DNA from: Prevotella sp.
Lineage (GTDB): Bacteria; Bacteroidota; Bacteroidia; Bacteroidales; Bacteroidaceae
Length of the DNA: 64,000 nucleotides
Assembly (NCBI GenBank): GCA_017554385.1
Contig: JAFZIL010000065.1
Coordinates: 30,162 to 94,161, forward strand
Direction of reading: 5' to 3'
Shown in pieces: positions 58,670 through 64,000 of this stretch. The notes beneath the pieces were generated by a model, which ran no database searches, was not told the DNA's origin, and saw only the letters and a list, made by a program, of their open reading frames with translations. Each line of letters opens with the position of its first letter. The first letter of the stretch is position 1. The position numbers were made by a program, and so were the translations under genes.

Positions 58670-59656
58670 ATGGACCAAGCAACAAAACAACACAAGAACA
58701 TCCTGTATGCCATCCTCGGCTTTGCCGTAGTCGTGGCCATCGTAGCCCTCATCGGCTTCTTCACCTTAGGCCGTGCGCCTGAGGTCATACAGGGACAGGT
58801 TGAAGTGTCTGAATACCGTGTATCGAGCAAGGTGCCCGGTCGCATCCTTGAGATACGAGTAAAAGAAGGCGACTACGTGAAGGTCGGCGACACGCTTGCC
58901 ATCATCGACGCACCTGAGGTGCGGGCGAAGATGGAGCAGGCCAAAGGAGCCGAGGCAGGTGCATCGGCACTGGAGCTGATGGCCAAAAACGGTGCCCGTA
59001 AGGAACAGGTGCAGGGAGCCTTCCAGCTTCTGCAGAAAGCCAAGGCCGGTCTCGAGATTGCCGAGAAATCATACAACCGCGTGCAGCGCCTCTACGACGA
59101 GGGCGTGATGAGTGCCCAGAAGCGCGACGAGGCTATGGCCAACTACAAGGCCATGCAGGCCACCGTCGAAGCCGCCCAGAGTCAGTACGACATGGCCGTG
59201 AACGGTGCTCGCATGGAAGAGAAGCTCGCCGCACAGGCACAGGTGAACCGCGCACGCGGTGCCGTGCAGGAAGTCAACGCCTACATCGGTGAGACCGTGC
59301 AGACGGCACAGATGGAGGGCGAGGTGAGCAGCATCTACCCGAAGGTGGGCGAGCTCGTAGGCACGGGCAGCCCCATCATGACCATCTCGATGATGGACGA
59401 CCTCTGGGGCACGTTCAACGTGCGCGAGGACCAGCTGCAGGGCATGCAGATGGGCGGCGAGATTACCGCCTTCGTGCCCGCTTTCAACAAGGAGCTGAAG
59501 CTGAAGATCTACCATATGAAGGACCAGGGCTCGTATGCCGTATGGAAAGCCACAAAGGCCAACGGCGAGTATGACCTGAAGACCTTCGAGGTGAAGGCCC
59601 GCCCCATGGAGAAGATGGAAGGCCTGCGCCCGGGAATGAGCCTGATCATCAAATGA
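58670..59656 (+). CDS. HlyD family periplasmic adaptor
   Basis: TM segment, VSSKVPGRI..V.EGD lipoyl-like motif, LRPGMS. Confidence 0.9.
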   Translation: MDQATKQHKNILYAILGFAVVVAIVALIGFFTLGRAPEVIQGQVEVSEYRVSSKVPGRILEIRVKEGDYVKVGDTLAIIDAPEVRAKMEQAKGAEAGASALELMAKNGARKEQVQGAFQLLQKAKAGLEIAEKSYNRVQRLYDEGVMSAQKRDEAMANYKAMQATVEAAQSQYDMAVNGARMEEKLAAQAQVNRARGAVQEVNAYIGETVQTAQMEGEVSSIYPKVGELVGTGSPIMTISMMDDLWGTFNVREDQLQGMQMGGEITAFVPAFNKELKLKIYHMKDQGSYAVWKATKANGEYDLKTFEVKARPMEKMEGLRPGMSLIIK

Positions 59657-59696
59657 GAAAGCTATTTTAACACGAATTTCCACGAATTATCCATTA

Positions 59697-60851
59697 ATGC
59701 TATTCCGCATCGTTCTGCGCGAGCTCTTAATCCTCCGCCGCAACCATATCTATGGGCTCTGCATGGTGGTCTTTCCTTTGCTGACGATGATTTTCTTCAC
59801 GTCACTCATGGACGACGGACTACCCACAAGCATGCCCGTAGGCGTGGTCGACCTCGACAACACCTCGACATCTCGTGCACTGGCGCGACGGCTCGACGGT
59901 TTCCAGATGTCGCAGGTCGTGGCTCACTATCCCTCGTTCAACGAGGCGCGACGTGCCACGCAGAAGGGCGACATCTACGGTTTCCTCTACATTCCCAAAG
60001 GCACCACAGAACAGCTGCTGGCAAGCCGTCAACCCAAGATTTCCTATTATTATACCTACACCACCCTGGCAGCCGGTGCGCTGATGATGAAGGACATGAA
60101 GACCATCTCTACGCTCGGCTCGGCAGCCGTAGGACAGGCCACGATGCGTGCACGTGGCTTTACCGACGACCAGATACAGACGTTCCTACAGCCTGTCAGG
60201 ATAGACCTACACCAGATAGCGAACCCCTGGACGAGCTATAACGCTTACCTCACCACCATGATTGTGCCGGGCATGATCATGCTGTTCATCTTCCTTATCT
60301 CGGCCTACTCACTCGGCACAGAGCTGAAGTTCGGCACGTCGAAAGAATGGATGCAGATGGCCGACAACCGCATCCTCACCGCCATCATCGGCAAGTTCCT
60401 GCCGCAGACACTCATCTGGCTCGCCATCGTCTACACCTACGAGTGGTACGTGTTCTTCCACCTCGGCTTCCCACATCTGGGCAGTCCGTGGATGCTCGTT
60501 CTCTTAGGACTCATACAGGTGCTCGCCGCACAGGGCTTCGGCATCTTCGCCTTCGGACTCATGCCGTCGCTGCGCATGTCGATGAGCGTATGCTCGCTAT
60601 GGGGCGTGCTCAGCTTCTCCATGGCCGGCTCGGCGTTTCCCATCATGGGCATGGACTCACCGCTGCAGGCACTGTCGTGGCTCTTCCCCTTGCGCCACTA
60701 CTACATGATCTATCAAATCTGCGTGTTCAACGGTTACCCGCTCCTCGAGGCGTGGTTCCATTTTGCCGCCTTGGTGGCCTTCCTGCTGCTGCCTTGGTTC
60801 GTGATTAGTAAGATCAAGAACGCAATGCTCAACTATGTCTATATTCCGTAA
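59697..60851 (+). CDS. ABC-2 type permease
   Basis: PVGVVDLDN extracytoplasmic loop plus TM bundle, FPLRHY. Confidence 0.88.
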   Translation: MLFRIVLRELLILRRNHIYGLCMVVFPLLTMIFFTSLMDDGLPTSMPVGVVDLDNTSTSRALARRLDGFQMSQVVAHYPSFNEARRATQKGDIYGFLYIPKGTTEQLLASRQPKISYYYTYTTLAAGALMMKDMKTISTLGSAAVGQATMRARGFTDDQIQTFLQPVRIDLHQIANPWTSYNAYLTTMIVPGMIMLFIFLISAYSLGTELKFGTSKEWMQMADNRILTAIIGKFLPQTLIWLAIVYTYEWYVFFHLGFPHLGSPWMLVLLGLIQVLAAQGFGIFAFGLMPSLRMSMSVCSLWGVLSFSMAGSAFPIMGMDSPLQALSWLFPLRHYYMIYQICVFNGYPLLEAWFHFAALVAFLLLPWFVISKIKNAMLNYVYIP

Positions 60852-62070
60852 CCTGATTGATTCGCTATTAGACGCATGCTACATCTGGCGACAGGAGATG
60901 AGGCAGGTGTTCAAGGACGAGGGAGCCATCATCTTCTTCATCGTCGTGCCACTGGTCTACCCGATCCTCTACTCCTGGATCTACAACAATGAGACCGTAC
61001 ACGACGTGCCCGTATGCGTCGTCGACCAGAGCCACACCGGACTGTCGCGAAAGTTCATACGCATGTGCGATGCCTCGGCCGACGTGCGTGTGGCCTACTA
61101 CGCACAGGACATCGAAGAGGCGAAGTCGCTCGTCTCGCGACAGCTCGTCAAGGGTATCTACCTCATCCCCTCCGACTTTGAGACCCGCGTCAACCGCATG
61201 GAGCAGGGCGTCATCAGCGTCTACTGTGACATGAGCCTCATGCTCACCTATAAGGCACTGTTCCAGACGGCCCAGGTGGTCAGCATGCAGATGGGTGCCG
61301 AACTGCAGACGAAGTTAGGCCGTCACTACACGAAGCGCGAGGAGATCATTGCCGCACGACCACTTGACTATGCCGACGTACCGCTCTACAACCCCCAGGG
61401 CGGCTATGGCTCGTTCATCCTGCCCGGCGTGCTCGTGCTCATCCTCCAGCAGACACTTGTCCTCGGCATCGGACTCCTTGCCGGCTCGTCGCGCGAGGAG
61501 AGCCGCTACAACCAGCTCATCCCCATTAGCCGCCACTACCACGGCATGTTCCGCATTGTGCTGGGCAAGGCATTGTGCTATTTCATGATCTATGCCGTGA
61601 TGGCTGCGTGGCTGCTTGCTGCCGTACCCCATCTGTTCCACTTCCCGCAGCTAGCCTCGTGGCAGTCGCTGCTCGTCATCATGGTGCCCTATATCCTGGC
61701 GTGCATCTTCTTCGGCATGACGGTATCGTGCATGGTGAAATACCGCGAAAACGTCATGCTCCTCATGGTGTTCATCAGCGTCCCGCTGCTCTTCCTTACA
61801 GGTGTATCGTGGCCCCAGAGCAATATCCCCGCTTTCTGGCAGTGCGTATCATGGATATTCCCCTCGACCTTCGGCGTGAAGGCCTACGTACGTCTGAACT
61901 CCATGGGTGCCTCTCTCAGCGACGTTGCCGCTGAGTACGAGATACTCTGGATCCATGCCGCCGTCTACTTCGTCCTCGCCCTCACCGTCTACCGTTATCA
62001 GATCCATCTCGCCAAGCAGGATGCCCACGAACGACTCATGGAGATGAAAGCGAAGAAAGAGAACTCCTAA
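60835..62070 (+). CDS. ABC-2 type permease
   Basis: PVCVVDQS, YNPQGGYGSF, TM bundle. Confidence 0.88.
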   Translation: MSIFRNLIDSLLDACYIWRQEMRQVFKDEGAIIFFIVVPLVYPILYSWIYNNETVHDVPVCVVDQSHTGLSRKFIRMCDASADVRVAYYAQDIEEAKSLVSRQLVKGIYLIPSDFETRVNRMEQGVISVYCDMSLMLTYKALFQTAQVVSMQMGAELQTKLGRHYTKREEIIAARPLDYADVPLYNPQGGYGSFILPGVLVLILQQTLVLGIGLLAGSSREESRYNQLIPISRHYHGMFRIVLGKALCYFMIYAVMAAWLLAAVPHLFHFPQLASWQSLLVIMVPYILACIFFGMTVSCMVKYRENVMLLMVFISVPLLFLTGVSWPQSNIPAFWQCVSWIFPSTFGVKAYVRLNSMGASLSDVAAEYEILWIHAAVYFVLALTVYRYQIHLAKQDAHERLMEMKAKKENS

Positions 62071-62139
62071 ATGCGGAAGCCCATTTTTAATTTTTCATTT
62101 TAATATTTCATTTCTAATTTCTCATTTTTCATTTAAAGA

Positions 62140-63240
62140 ATGACAACCCTCTACCCCCAACTGATTATCGATGCGCTGGCCACCGTGACCTACGCCGGCA
62201 CGAAGAAGAACCTCATAGAGAGCGGCATGCTTGCCGATACTCCAAGCATCAACGGCATGAAGGTGCGCGTAATCCTCGAGTTCCCCCGCGAAACCGATCC
62301 CTTTCTCCGCTCAACGGTAAAGGCTGCCGAGGCCGCCATCCACTATCATGTATCTGAAGAGGTAGAGGTAGAAATAGTCACGGAGTTCAAGTCGAAGGCG
62401 CGTCCTGAACCTGACAAGCTCCTGCCCGAGGTGAAGAACATCGTAGCCGTCAGCTCAGGCAAGGGCGGCGTGGGTAAGTCGACCGTCGCTGCCAACCTCG
62501 CCATCGCACTGGCACGCTTAGGTTACAGCGTGGGCCTGCTCGACTGCGACATCTTCGGACCGTCGGTGCCAAAGATGCTGCATATCGAGGATGCACGGCC
62601 CTACGCCGTAAAGGTCGACGGGCGCGACCTTATAGAACCTGTCGAGCAGTACGGCGTGCGCGTGCTCAGCATCGGCTTCTTCGTCAGTCCCACCACAGCG
62701 ACGCTCTGGCGCGGAGGTATGGCCTCGAACGCGCTGAAGCAGCTCATTGCCGATGCCGACTGGGGAGCACTCGACTACCTCATCCTCGACACCCCGCCGG
62801 GCACGAGCGACATCCATCTCACGCTCTTGCAGACGCTCGCCATCACCGGTGCCGTCATCGTCTCTACACCGCAGCAAGTGGCACTGGCCGATGCCCGCAA
62901 AGGCATCGACATGTACCGCAACGAGAAGGTGAACGTGCCCATCCTCGGACTCGTAGAGAACATGGCGTGGTTCACGCCTGCCGAACTGCCCGAGAACCGC
63001 TACTATATCTTCGGCAAGGAGGGCTGCAAACAGCTCGCCGACGAGATGCAGGTGCCATTGTTGGCACAGATACCCTTGGTACAGGGCATTTGCGAGGGCG
63101 GCGACAGCGGTGAGCCCGCTGCCACACGCGTCGACACCATGACCGGCCAGGCCTTCCTGAACCTCGCCCAGGCCGTCGTCACCGTCGTGAACCGAAGGAA
63201 CAAGGAACAGCCGAAGACAAAGAGGGTTCAGACAAAGTGA
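62140..63240 (+). CDS. mrp: Mrp/ApbC (NBP35 family) Fe-S cluster carrier ATPase
   Basis: SGKGGVGKST, D.DIFGPS, WRG, DTPPGT, TPQ and ENM motifs. Confidence 0.92.
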   Translation: MTTLYPQLIIDALATVTYAGTKKNLIESGMLADTPSINGMKVRVILEFPRETDPFLRSTVKAAEAAIHYHVSEEVEVEIVTEFKSKARPEPDKLLPEVKNIVAVSSGKGGVGKSTVAANLAIALARLGYSVGLLDCDIFGPSVPKMLHIEDARPYAVKVDGRDLIEPVEQYGVRVLSIGFFVSPTTATLWRGGMASNALKQLIADADWGALDYLILDTPPGTSDIHLTLLQTLAITGAVIVSTPQQVALADARKGIDMYRNEKVNVPILGLVENMAWFTPAELPENRYYIFGKEGCKQLADEMQVPLLAQIPLVQGICEGGDSGEPAATRVDTMTGQAFLNLAQAVVTVVNRRNKEQPKTKRVQTK

Positions 63241-63332
63241 ATAGTTGATAGTTTATAGTTGATCGTTGCCCACCCAAGTCCGTCCAGTCCGTATAGTCCG
63301 TGGCAAATAACCCGTATAATCCGTAGTTGATA

Positions 63333-64000
63333 ATGAAAACCAAAGAAGAGAAAACCGAACGCTCTTGGGTGAGGCTCGCTGCTGCACTCACCCTCTGCTT
63401 AGCACTCATAGGCGTATCGCCCGCCTGCGCCACCACCTATAAATTAGTACGCGTAGCCTCGGTCTCCGCAGGCAACTATTACGTTTTCGAGCAAGACGGA
63501 TACGTGATGAATAATACCGTAAGTAGCAATGCTTTGCAGACAACTAATAGTTACGTCACCACCGGACTCTCAGACAACGTGTCATACGTGTGGACACTGG
63601 AAACTGCCTCTGGCGGATTCTATATGAAAAACGGAAGCCAGTACCTGAATAATAGCAGCTCAACAAACATGTCTTTCGGAAGCAAAAGCTCTATCTGGAC
63701 TTTTGCTTACCAGGAAGACAACGGCACATTCCTCATACAAAATAAAAGCAACGACAATCGCTTCTTAGGTTACACAACAAACACAAGCCACGTCTACAAA
63801 GCATATGCCACAAAAGACCTAACGCCAGCAGGAACATACCCACATGCAATAGCAATTTACAAACTAGTTGATGAGAGTGCATCCGCTCCCTCTCATACCG
63901 CCACATTCATCGCCAATGGCATTACCGTATCTGAAGCCAGTGTAAACGAAGCAACAGCCATCACCTTCCCTGAAAATCCCGCCAACACCAGTGGCAAGAC
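63333..64000 (+). CDS. Secreted protein, 3'-truncated by the window edge
   Basis: Open frame MKTKEEK..AAALTLCLALIGVSPACA-TTYKLV... runs to the end; not in the ORF track because it has no stop. Confidence 0.7.
   Translation, partial: MKTKEEKTERSWVRLAAALTLCLALIGVSPACATTYKLVRVASVSAGNYYVFEQDGYVMNNTVSSNALQTTNSYVTTGLSDNVSYVWTLETASGGFYMKNGSQYLNNSSSTNMSFGSKSSIWTFAYQEDNGTFLIQNKSNDNRFLGYTTNTSHVYKAYATKDLTPAGTYPHAIAIYKLVDESASAPSHTATFIANGITVSEASVNEATAITFPENPANTSGK

Overview
Chromosomal window from a Prevotella-like Bacteroidales genome, judged from TAnnTTTG promoters, T9SS substrates, an HTCS and fkp. It holds a mostly GC-rich backbone: fkp/fucP, an S8 peptidase, tRNA-fMet, tetR-fabG, an HTCS-GH115-GH30 xylan cluster, tRNA-Thr plus SRP RNA, tatD, a polyprenyl synthase, tonB, porQ, cmk, an ATPase+DUF4435 (PARIS-like) pair, glyQS, GH97, PL11, alaS, a TolC/HlyD/ABC-2 operon and mrp. 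An AT-rich accessory island at ~36.7-49.9 kb interrupts the backbone. It contains an integrase stub, a possible abiF-type RNA remnant, a BspA LRR adhesin with a long structured leader, a DUF4062-fused large protein, a frameshifted group IIB intron sitting just behind a promoter, a GHKL-ATPase/PD-(D/E)xK nuclease and Schlafen/AlbA_2 genes, and it looks like a defence-gene hotspot. Other notable signals are pervasive 7-9-bp tandem repeats and REP-like palindromes inserted in frame into housekeeping proteins, an ~80-bp dispersed element with 15-16-bp duplications, and a chimeric T9SS protein with an AT-rich, toxin-like, Cys-rich central cassette. All family calls come from motif recognition by eye; no searches were run.
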